This document shows, one piece after another, positions 52,856-64,000 of a stretch of DNA of 64,000 nt. Source of the DNA: Paraspadella gotoi. Lineage: Eukaryota > Animalia > Chaetognatha. Position numbers and translations under genes: made by a program. Within the stretch, counting starts at the first letter, position 1. Every line of letters begins with the position of its first letter. The DNA lies in NCBI GenBank assembly GCA_051294375.1, contig JBJCIZ010000239.1, positions 4,134,402 through 4,198,401 on the forward strand, given 5' to 3'. The notes beneath the pieces are model-generated. The model saw nothing but the letters and a program-made list of their open reading frames with translations. It searched no databases and had not been told where the DNA came from.

Positions 52856-53108
52856 CTGCTTGAGACAAGTAAGTTTGATTTGAGAAAACAGGTTTATTTT
52901 TAAAAAAAAGTCAAACTATTTTAATTTTTCTCCGAATACATGGTGGAAATTAATTTTTAGATTTTTAGTTATAAATTTATGAAATTGGTTCAACCGTTAT
53001 TAAAATTATCCATTAACTTAATAAATAAGCTTTCTTGCCCTTGACTTTAGACAGGACTCAGTGGTTTAACTTCTCGTGACGCTTAAAAGATAATAAAATA
53101 GCACGAAT

Positions 53109-53430
53109 CTGCAAGCTTTCAATCAAGACTCTCTCACAGTCTTGTTCATTCATGGACAATCAATTAAGTGGTATTATGGCAACAGCCGGGTTGCCTGTCT
53201 CGCTTTGCCAACGCAGAGGGAAGTCGTTAGGACTGTGGATGGAACACTACGCCTGGGATGGTGTGTTCCCCCTCTGAGCCAATGGATTTGGCTGAAGGAT
53301 GGTGGACGTGAGGCGGTGTGAATATACCGCCACAGTTTAATATTACAAGAATTTTTTTAATTGTATTAAAGGACCACTCCATTAAGTATTAGATCGAGAA
53401 ATACGAAATTGTACTCCGCAGGAGCTGACT
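53109..53430 (-). mobile_element. Inverted, interrupted copy of the dispersed repeat inside the Ig-gene intron
   Basis: The reverse complements of 53340-53430 and 53109-53152 match two parts of the 18634-19015 unit, separated by unrelated sequence. Confidence 0.6.
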
Positions 53431-53771
53431 ATTAAGACATTGTTGTGGCAAGGGTCGCAATGGCTTAACCCACCATCTTGACCCATTCTGGGTCAAAGCC
53501 CAACGGAATACCATTTATGTACGTCGTTGGTAACGAGAGATGCTAATATATAGTATGACTTCAATGGTGGGAGGCGACCATTTAGGGTCCAAATCCCCTT
53601 AATGCCAACCGTTTAGAAGCCTAGGGCTCCAAGCCTGGCTGAAATGTCCCAATTTTATATTGAAACATTACGATATCTTAAACGTAACATACACCAAAAT
53701 TCGAATTACAATTTTTTTAAATATCTTTTGGATTGTATATAGCCTTTAACAATTCGATCGGTTAAATTTAC

Positions 53772-55338
53772 CCTTCGTCGGCTTTATCTCAAAACCATGG
53801 AATTTCTTTGCGACCCCTCGGGCCTCAATAAGAAACTCGAAATTTCCGCCAGATGTCGGACGAAGAAAATTGACGACGACGGTTTTCGTCCCTCCATCGG
53901 TGACGTGAACATCCGTGTCGATTCCGTCCGGAAAAGAGACTTTTACGTCTTGGGAGTCCACCACCGGATTGGAAACGACCGTGCAGATGACGTGCAAAAA
54001 TCCCGTGATATCTTTGCGGTCGCAGGACATTTGCGGAGCGAAAGTGACGTCGAGCGGAACGGTCGCCGATTTGTTGGCGTTTCGATTCAGCGGGTTGACG
54101 ACGACGCACTCGACGACAACGCCGTCATCCTCGAAAGAGGGCGTCAATAGCAAATCGGAAAATACTCTTCCGTCTCCGAAACCGATGCCCGGGTCAGTTC
54201 TCGTCGTCGTCGTCCCATTCGTGGAAACGTCCCCAAGATTCCAAATGAATTTTGCCTCCGATGCTGGCTCCACTCCCCGGCCCTCGCAAGTGAGGAGCAT
54301 CGGGGAGTTCTCCGCGCCGGGGGCGTTAACTTGCTTCAGCGTTGCGGACAACGGTCCCATGGTCACCGTAATCTTTTCTTTTACCGCCAATGAGGACAGC
54401 TGAAGCTGTTCCGCCTTGCAGCTCACGAGCTTTTCGTGATCCTCGCGTTTAACTGAAATATCGTAGCCGGTCGCGGGGACAACTTTGCTTCCAATTTCCA
54501 GCGTCAATGAGGCTGGCGGGTTTCCGGTGTCGTTTACCATGGAAAAGTGGCACTGGATATTAATCAAACTACCAACGGGAACATTATCCCACTGTGCAGG
54601 CGACATTTTCACTCCATTGATATTGGCTATTATTTTAGGAGAGGATGAGGCTTCGTAGATTGACAGCTTGGCAGAATCGTTTACGTTTGGGAGAGTAAAT
54701 GTAAACGCAGCGTCCTGGACAGTGCCACACTCAAGTATGGCGCCATCGTTGGCCGCCGTCGGCGTTATCTTCAGGACAGAAGTAACATCATTGCCATCCG
54801 CTAGTTCAATGGCATCACCAGTCACGTCGACACCGCCGAGCATCCAACGAATCGAGGGGCGTGGTCCACCGCCCAAAGCGCTGCAATGAATTCTTGCTGG
54901 CTGACCTCGGAGGACTAATAATTGATCACCAGTTTTGTCAAGCAGCGAGACTTTCGGTTGTGCGGCCCGTTTGAGCTCGACAATGGCGAAATTTCCTCCG
55001 ATGTCGCATCGATAGAAACGAAAGTCGGATTCCATGACGGTGGGGATAAAGAGGCCGAAAGGCGGACGAAAATTTATGCTACGATTTCGAAAACTGTAGT
55101 CGATATAGGTATAATTGTAATGGTTATAATGGTACAAGATTGTTACGTCCGGATCAAAATACCAATACATAAATGAGAAAGCATATTGAGATTCATTGTA
55201 GTTGCAGAACAAAGTGGCCTCTGATCCAGGGAGAGCATAGACTACGGGTTGGCTGGTAGTTATGGATTGAAAATTGCAGGAGGCATGAAGGGAGAGACAC
55301 TTTAGTAGTAGAAGCCAAAGTAGGGAGACAAACTTCAT
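53772..55338 (-). CDS. Coding exon 1 of an immunoglobulin-superfamily type I membrane protein (nephrin/Kirre/SYG/Sidestep-like architecture): signal peptide plus about 5 Ig domains
   Basis: Clean 536-aa ORF (53746-55356). Likely start is the ATG at 55338, giving a signal peptide MKFVSLLWLLLLKCLSLHASC. Ig motifs: ATLFC..WYF..YRC (V-like); ARIHCSALGGGPRPSIRW..ILEC; INIQC..NPPASLTL..LVSC; LLTCEG..FIW..VVECVVVN; HVICTVVSNP. Phase-1 donor AAGG/GTAAAT with the exon ending at 53772. An upstream TTTCAG acceptor ends at 55388. Confidence 0.9.
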
Positions 55339-57855
55339 CGTCTTGAATGTCGCCACGTTATGGTTTTTTATGGCATTACATTGGCAACTGAAATATATAA
55401 AAAAAAACCCTTTTAAATGATTTTACCGATGAAAGGCCAGGTATCACTAAATTCAAATTATAAATGGGTTAAAAACTCAAAACCGAGCTCGAATATGGAA
55501 AGCAGATATCCTGACGATTCCGAAAATGTATTCGCTTTACTTTTATTTTTCAAAGGCATACATAGAAACATAAACATTAACGTACGTACTTGCATGCATC
55601 TCGCCAGATCGAATGTGGGAAGCCCGATGTCGCGCACTCAATATTTGAAATGCGTTATGGCGTCGAAACCCTTTGCAAACGAACGAAAATCTTGAAATTT
55701 GTTCGCAACTGCTCGCGGTTTTTTTTTGGTTGGTTTTATTTTCTTTTTAATGACACAAGTCAAATACACAAGATTCTCACTCTCAGTATTTTTTTTTTCT
55801 TCAATTTAACGATTTTTATTTTTTGAGGAAACGAGTTATTCTTGATTTTTAATTTTCTAAAAATAGATTTTGAAAACCGCCTTTAAATCGCGACCGACTG
55901 ATATTAGATTGACAAGTTCGAGCAAACAATGCCGGATCTGCCCACGATCATTAGCGGTAATTAATTAATAAATTCGTTAAAACATTAAATAATTGATTAC
56001 ACATTAAATAATTAATAAATTAATTAATTAATTGTTTGCCCACACCTTTTCTCAGGTCAAAGACCACGACAAAAGAAACGACGACGACGATGGCGAAGAC
56101 GACGACGACGACGATAACGTCGACGATGATTGATTGAATGATTGATTGATTAATTAATTACAATTTAAACAAATTAATATTTAATTAATTATTTTATTGA
56201 TTGATAAATCCATTAATTAATTGATTAATAAGTTAATTGGTTGATTAATTAGTTGATTAATTGAACAATTAATGTAGCTTGCATTTATATTTGATATAAT
56301 ATAATATAATACAATATAATGAGACACTGAAATAAGTTAATTTGTTTTTTTCTATTTCAATTCATTTCCACTCGGACGATTCCATCGAAACTTTATTTCC
56401 TGCTTAATCACACACTTCTTTACACAAATATAAAATTTCATTCATGAATAATTAACGTTCAAAGCTAAGGGATGACCTACGGACGGACGGACGGACGGAC
56501 CGACATACGGACGGACGTACATAGTATTTTTGTGCATAATTTTCTATATTTCGATGTTCTGAGAGTGAGATGATATAAGTTATTTACCAATAAGACAATG
56601 GGGGCGACCGACAGACCGACAAAGTGATAAGCAGATCCGGCCTAAAAAAATAAACTTAGAAAATTACTTTAGCTCCATGTATCATTTAAGTATGGAGTCG
56701 TCATTTGTCGAATCCACACCTGTCACCACATTTAAGTAAGTAGACAGAGATTTCAACATGAAACCAAAAGTGGATTTTATTCTCAGAAAAGTCATAAGGA
56801 AAGACGGTGTCCAGAATTTGAGACAGAATGGATTCAATACAAAATGGTCCAGTATTTATACAATGCAATCGGATCATCGACACGGGCTGGTTTCCCGATG
56901 GCATGAAGCCTCTCTTCTCATTGGTCCGTTTCTATGATGATTCATCCAATCAGAGAGTCCTAAGCGGATTTTATCCGAGTCGCGGATCCAATTCCATTCT
57001 TGGTTCCGCTTTCATCTGCTGTGAAGCGTAATATATTGATATTCATTGATAGGGAAGCCAGTGTGGGAGTGAACAAACGAGACTGTGAGAGAGATTTGAA
57101 TAAACATTTTAAACGGTTTTTTTTGTTTTTTTTTTTTTTGGTATCGCTAGTTTCGAGATAATGAGTGAGTTATGACCAACCAAAAGTTATTAATTGCACA
57201 AGTCTCGTTTAGTCGCTTCTAAAATGTAGTATGACGACTTTTCTTTGTTTCGACTACCGAGGGACTTGTCCGTCGTCTTTTTTTTACATTTAATACGTCC
57301 ACGTCATTCTTAATTTTTAATTTTTTAAATTTTATGGACGACATCATCGTAGGAGTATTAAGCCAGCAGAATCAAATCGGATCATAGGCTCGGGCGATCT
57401 CCGCAGGAAATGGAATCGCCGAATCCTGATTGGTCAAGCGTGTACCAGAATCTACCAATAAGCTTGCAGAATCATTGGAACTGTAAATTTTACCCACGTC
57501 GCCGATCCGCTTCCATAGATCTAAATAGACTTAGTCATTTTTAAATTTATTTATTTATTTATTTTATTTATTTATTTAGACTTAGTCATTTTTAAATTTA
57601 TTTTTAGTATTATCGTCATCTCTATTTTAGTACTTTTTTTTTTGTCAAAATTTGATTGCCAAATTCCAATTTTTTCTATTTTTCGATTTCGACATCATTC
57701 TTAATTTCGTCTTCTTATTTTTCTCATTTTCTAAAATGACCCTCTTTTCTGAAAGCTTCCCATTTTAACTTAATTTCAAAATTAGGTTTTCTTTCAAGTT
57801 TGATAATTAGGTTATGGGTTAAGGATAGGAAATAACTTAGGGATTAGAATTCAGG

Positions 57856-58011
57856 ATTAGGTTGAAGATTTAGTTAAAGAGTTAAGGATAAGGTTAAAGA
57901 TTTAGTTAAAGAGTTAAGGATAAGATTAAAGATTTAGTTAAAGAGTTAAGGATAAGGTTAAAGATTTAGTTAAAGAGTTAAGGATTAGGTTAAAGATTTA
58001 GTTAAAGAGTT
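57856..58011. repeat. 32-bp tandem repeat, about 5 copies, within degenerate (TTAGGG)-like sequence
   Basis: aagatttagttaaagagtt recurs at 57865, 57897, 57929, 57961 and 57993. Confidence 0.9.
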
Positions 58012-58211
58012 TTGGTCAGGAATTCCGGGTTAAGATTAAAGGATTAGAGTTAGAGATTGAGAATTGAAATTTAGGATTAGGGTTGCGGATTAAGTTATTA
58101 TATAAAAAGGGATTAGAGCTAGATATTAAGGTTAAAATTGGAATGGGGGCTCTCGGTAAATAGTGCAGAGTAATAATTTTTTGTTTTGTACAAAAATTGG
58201 TTTTATTCTGT

Positions 58212-58273
<62 letters not shown>

Positions 58274-61102
58274 CGTGAGAAAGACTAGAGAGACAGAAAA
58301 AAATGTCTGTTTCCATGGAGAGAGAAATCTCCTCGAGGGAAAACAAAGAACTTATATCAAATTCTAAAGAAAAAAAATTCTCTCTGGAAAAAGATCCTTC
58401 GGGTTTTTTTTTCACTTCTTTCCTTTAGGTTGACTGGGTTTTTTCTTTCAGTCGCGCCGCGAGTGCTCGCAGAGCTCCGTATAAATCACTTTTTGGTCAG
58501 TCAGTCGGTCTGTTCTCTGGTTTAACCCATTTATATTTTAAACGTAACTTTTGATAATACTGGGTACTGGGTAGAAAGGTTGTGTACTACGAGATGCTTT
58601 TGGTACTTGTTTTGTACTCGTGCAGTCACGTTATCCTATTAAATTGCTAAATTAAAATATTAAAATGGCTAATATTATTTAATATCATTAGTTTTTTTTC
58701 TTTTTTTTTATATATATTTTATTATTTTTAAATTTGAATACAAAAGAAAGTCATTGTGGCGCAATACCTTAAACTTATCCCTTTTATTTTTTTATTTTTT
58801 ATTTCTTGGAAATAATTTTAAAGGAAGAAAAAACAACTTTATTCTATTTTATTATTTTATTTCTTAGTTCTTTTTGACTTGGTTTTAACCTAATCTTTCT
58901 CTTTAATCATACACTGTCAGATTTTTATTACTTAATTACATTTAACTATATCTTAACACAAGTCTTTTAATCCATTAATCTGTTTCACCAGCGATTTCTG
59001 ACGAATTAACTTATCCCTATTTTTTGAGAAAATCACAGAGAAACATTGGCGTTAAATCTCTCCATCTATGAAACCTTCACTAAATATTCCTTTTGATTGG
59101 CTGAATCAAGAATTGTCTTGTCCAATCAGAAACTCGCACATCGGAATCGTCGCGTATTTTTACTGTTGACCTTTTTGGCCGGATTCTGTTGTTAAATAAT
59201 AAAATTATTTATTAAATAAGTATTTTTTGATAATACACAACTAAAATTACGATCGGCAAAATTCGATGACACTTTACAGTAAAAGCATAATTCGGATTTT
59301 TTTCCCGTTGTAAATCGTTTCTAGTGTAAGGAATAAGCGGTGCTCGCTGTACAATAAACAAGATTTAAAACAAAGGAGAAAGAAAGGGGAAAGCGCGGCA
59401 GTAGAAATAAACGCGAGGAAAAAAATACAGAAACCCGTAAATGTAATTCCGAAGGGTTGCGTTCGCTTATTGTGGCAAATATACTAACATAATTATAAAA
59501 AAATCCAATATAAGCTTATAGCTTAGTCTAAAAGAAAATAATTACTGAAGCATATTTTTTTATAATCCTATTTTAATAAGATTAAAAGTTTATTCTTATA
59601 ATAATGATCGATGAAAAAATTAAGAAAATCAAATAAAATATTTTTAAATAATTAATATATATTATAAGTGAGATAAGTTAAAAGCATGGAATTCTATAAA
59701 GCTTTTCTGTGATGGGATTCCTTATCATATTTTCCCTCCATATGAAAGACAGACAGACAGACCGAAAAGCGACCTACAAAATCCCTTCGCGGAGCAATTT
59801 TAAAAAAAGAAAAAGAAAAAACTTTTTTTTTCCGAGAATTTCTCAATTTCCATCGAATCTTTTTCCTTTTTTCTTCTTCTTCGTGACATTTTCACGACTG
59901 TCTCTCTCTCTACTCTCTCTCTCTCTCTCTCTCTACTATCGTTCCTCTCTCCTCCTATCATCTCTCATTCCTTCTCTATCTCATACATTCGTCGTCTCTC
60001 TCTCTCATCTCCCTCACTTCATCTACTCCATCTCATCTCTCCCGACCCACGCCTCGTGCCAATTTTATTTCTTTCCTCCCATCCGATCTTCTTTTCTCTC
60101 TTTTTTTTCTTTTTGCCCTTTTATTTTTCTCTCTTGATATCTTTCCTTTTATTCGCTCGTTTTCTCTCTCCTTTTCTCGCGATAAAAGAAGAGATAAGCA
60201 GCGGATCATCCGGTCTTTCTCTTGTTGTTTGTTGTCGTTGTTGTCGTCGTCGTCATTATGGTTTTTGTCTATGAACAGAAGAATTAAAAATTCCATGTCC
60301 AAGTAAAATTCTGTCAGAAAAAAAAATTTGGACACTAAAACATACAAAATATAACACAAACAACATACAAAAACATATTTCAGATACATTCTTACATGCG
60401 TGCATATTCCAATGATACTTGTAAGTTTAATTTTCTTTAACTTGTTTTCTTAATAAAGTTGATTAACTCTAATATTTCCTGTTTCATTTCATATTTAACT
60501 CTATCGTTTTTCTCTTTCTTAAATATTAAGTACAAAGAGCTGTCATTAGAAAACGCATTAAAAATAAGTTTAAAAAATTTATTTCATTGGGTAGAAGAGA
60601 CAAAAATCATTTTGTTGACAAGAAACAACCAACAATAAATACTGCAAAATAGTTTAAATAGCATATTTAAAGCAGCCACTGAAAATGCTCCACCCGTTCG
60701 CTCAAAACAAATTTCGGCTCTTCTCTTCACCGACTGAGCAGATCAACAAACTTGGTCTTCTGGCAATGACGCGGCGATATCGTCTACCTGCTGCTGCAGC
60801 ATGAACACTGAACAGGTCAGGCAGCTTCTGTTTCCTCTTTTGCAACTCGGGGTATCTTGACTCTTCATCCAAAAATGCACCAAGAAACGTCAACGGATTC
60901 CCAGCCCAGTTTGAAATCATTTATTTCTTCGATCGCCCTAATTTGCAGCTCATGGCGTGAAAAAAAAAGCGAATAACCAAAAAAAAATAAACAAATGGTT
61001 TTGATCTTGCCAATACTTGCTTACGCTTATAAAATTGTCACCATGTATTTTCGTAGCTCCTTACCATTTTTCAAAAATCGCCATTCTCCACGTATATATT
61101 TA

Positions 61103-61228
<126 letters not shown>

Positions 61229-61639
61229 CATATTCGAGATCATTTCTCCTGTTTATTTTTTCTCTCCTTCGTCTTCATTATTCATCCTTAGAGTTTGGGT
61301 TCTTTGTTGTCTTTGTCCTCGTCGTTGTTGTCGTTGTAGTTGTTCCCTTGTTGTGGTCTAATTCCATGAATTATTGATTTAATGCGTGTGAGACGCTTCT
61401 TGCCTCGCCCAAGCCCAAACCAAAACTCAAAACGAAAGCCCAACCTCCAGTCCCAAACCATTTGCAAACCCCAGCCCAAGCTCAATAATCAATATTTCCG
61501 TTTTGATTTTCGTTATTTTCCTTTTTTTTCATTTTGGGTTTTTTTTCTTTTAATTATTTTCTTTTTTGTTTTTATGTTTCTTTTTTGTTATGTTTTTTTT
61601 CGTTGGCGAACGAGTGGAGCGTCATTCGTTGAGGTCGTC

Positions 61640-62257
61640 GTTGGTCGCAGTTCCTCGTCGTCGTCGTCGTTCCTCGTCATCATAGTCGCCGATCGTTTTC
61701 GTCATCGTCATCGTCGTTTTTTCGTCGTCATCGTTATCGTCGTCGTCTTCGTCTTCGGCGTAGTCGTCGTCGTAGTCATCATCGTCGTTGTCTTCGTGGT
61801 CATCATCGTTATCGTCGTCGTCTTCGTCGTAGTTGTAGTCATCATCATCGTTGTCTTTGTCATTGCGTCATTGTAATCATCGTCATCATCATCGTCTTCG
61901 TCTTGGCGTAGTCGTAGTCGTCATCATCATTGTCTTTGTCATCGTTATCATGGTCATCTTCGTCGTAGTTATACTCGTCATCATCGTTGTCCTTGTCGTC
62001 GTCATTTATTATCATCGTCGTGGTCATCATCTTCATCTTTGGCGTAGTTGTCGTCTAGTCGTCATCGTCGTTGTCTTTGTCGTCGTCATTGTTATAATCG
62101 TCGTCGTCATCGTCGTAGTCTCGTCATCGTCGTTGTCTTTGTCATCGTTATTATTATCGTCATTGGCGTCGTCATCATCGTTGTCGTCCTCGTTCTCGTC
62201 TTCTTTGTTTATGTTTGTCAAAATTCTTCTTGTCCTTCATTGATCCACGAAGTCTCA

Positions 62258-62292
<35 letters not shown>

Positions 62293-62835
62293 TCCTTCAT
62301 CGTCATCAATTTTCATCATTTTCATAGTCGCTCTTCATCGTCATCGTCTTTGTCTTCATCGTCGTCGTCTTCTTCCTCCTAGATGGTGGATGTTTTGAGG
62401 ATCTTTATCGTCATCATTGTCATGGTCGTCATCATCCTCGTCCTCCTCCTTGTCATCATCGTCGACATCTTTGTCATCATCATTGTTCTCTTTGTCGTCT
62501 CGTCATAATCGCCGTCAACTCATCATCGTTGTCATCATCTTTGTCGTCGTCGTTCTCTTCATCATGGTCATCTTTGCAGTCTTCTTCATCCTCATCTTTG
62601 TCGTCGTCGTCATCATCCTCTTTTTCGTCATCATCATCCTTCTCTTCGACGACGTGGTCATCATTGTCGTCATTTTCATCATCGTTGTCATCATCGTCGT
62701 CGTCGTCGTCATCGTCAATGTCGTCTTCCTCTTCATCGTCGTTGTCATCATCATCGTCATCTTCATCATCTTCGTCGTCATCTCTACCATTATCTTCGTC
62801 ATCTTCATCGTCATCGTCGTCGTCGTCGTCGTCTT
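61640..62835. repeat. Long degenerate (GTC/ATC/TTC)n trinucleotide tract
   Basis: Directly visible. Similar tracts at 2400-3050, 20953-21580 and 49590-49930 (opposite orientation). Confidence 0.9.
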
Positions 62836-64000
62836 TCCATCGATCCGATGCTCCTCATCTTTGCCTCGCGGGAATTCTTGAACTCAACCCAAAAATATTC
62901 TGGTGACACGATTTTCTCGCTTCACTGGTCGCCGTGACGCAGTTGGCGCGGTGACGCAGAAAAAAAAGATGTGACGTTGTATCGTATTGACGTAATGACG
63001 TAGCGAAGCGATGACTTAGTGACGCAAATCAGTATTGAGGCAGTGACTAAATGACGTTTTGTCCTAGTAAGGCAGGAAAGCAATGACGTAGCCAGTTAGT
63101 GACGTAGTCGAAGCGGGAGAGCAGTGGCGTAGTGACGCAGACGCGACGCAGAGTAGCAATGGCGCAGTATCTGTAGCGATTGAAATGAGCTATGACTAAT
63201 TCATAAAAGTGGTCGATTTAAATTCCTTACAAACAAACAAATTTTCTAATTTGCAATAGTTTCGAAATGTAAACCGATCAATCCATCCTGAAACCGTTTT
63301 CATTTTAAATGTACTATGTGCTATGTACTATGTGCTACTAAGTGTAATGGGACTAAATATAAATAACAAACGCCTATTTTATGTACTATGTGCTATGTAC
63401 TATGTGCTATGTACTAAGTGTAATGGGACTAAATATAAATAACAGTAACGTCTATGTGCGCCGCATCAAATGTATAAACTGACGAAACGCTACTTTGAGA
63501 GAAGAGTTAAAATGTGAAAGGAAGAACCGACGAGTTCACGGCGACCCAAGTGAGGGATTTTCCAGATGTTCACGTGATTTCACGGGTATGTATTAATCCC
63601 CCAAAATCACCAAAATAACGTCACGAATTCTTTTCAACAACGTCATCAAAAAAATGTCAAACAATGTCAAACGATCGAACAATGTCATCAATCCAATCTG
63701 AATCTGATTTTCGCGAATCCGTAACAAAATTCCCTCTCTTCCCCCCCCCTTCCACGTCGACTTACATCGACAAACTCCGCTTCGGCCACATTTTCCGAAA
63801 TTCCCCTATTTCAGCTAAAAATCTAGAATTAAATTGTTTTAAATTTTAAAAATTAGGTTTGGGGTTGGGTTAAAAGTTAAGTTAATGATTGAGTATGAGA
63901 TTTGGTTCAGGATTTGGGTTAAGGTTTAGGTTTGAGGAAAAAGGGTTTGGGTTATGGATCGTAGATTAAAGTTAAGGATTACAGATAAGAAATAGGTTCA

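Noticed and set aside
61382-62906. Poly-Val/Ile, poly-Ser or poly-Thr/Met proteins
   Set aside because: Translation of degenerate trinucleotide tracts that are open in several frames on both strands; no splice or start support.
63309-63445. Short local tandem duplication (also 5744-5791 and 57527-57602)
   Set aside because: Two-copy slippage-type duplications with no further structure.

Overview
AT-rich, microsatellite-dense eukaryotic (probably invertebrate) scaffold segment with many N gaps. Most entries in the ORF track are artefacts of Ns or simple repeats. Supportable content: (1) a two-coding-exon type-I membrane protein gene on the minus strand with about five Ig domains (52557-55338); (2) a Ty3/Gypsy LTR retrotransposon (41300-48352) with LTR, PBS, gag, protease, RT and RNase H, an unusual OTU-like/Pro-rich insert, and an integrase cut off by a gap; (3) two copies of a Penelope-type minimal hammerhead ribozyme module (17488-17663, with a 40-bp inverted repeat and 12-bp flanking direct repeats; and 12135-12292, near a decayed GIY-YIG-like remnant); (4) several dispersed non-autonomous repeats (a roughly 330-bp family with (TA)n-flanked copies, Helentron/DINE-like heads, a tRNA-derived SINE head); (5) tandem arrays, including about 17 copies of a roughly 145-bp unit. 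About 22.5-49 kb is one locus present as three partly overlapping copies, and 10.5-17.4 kb is a large inverted duplication. Both are associated with exact 25-N gaps and indel-rich sequence, so they are probably long-read gap-filling artefacts that expose alternative haplotypes. All protein-family calls come from motif reading by eye; no database searches were run.
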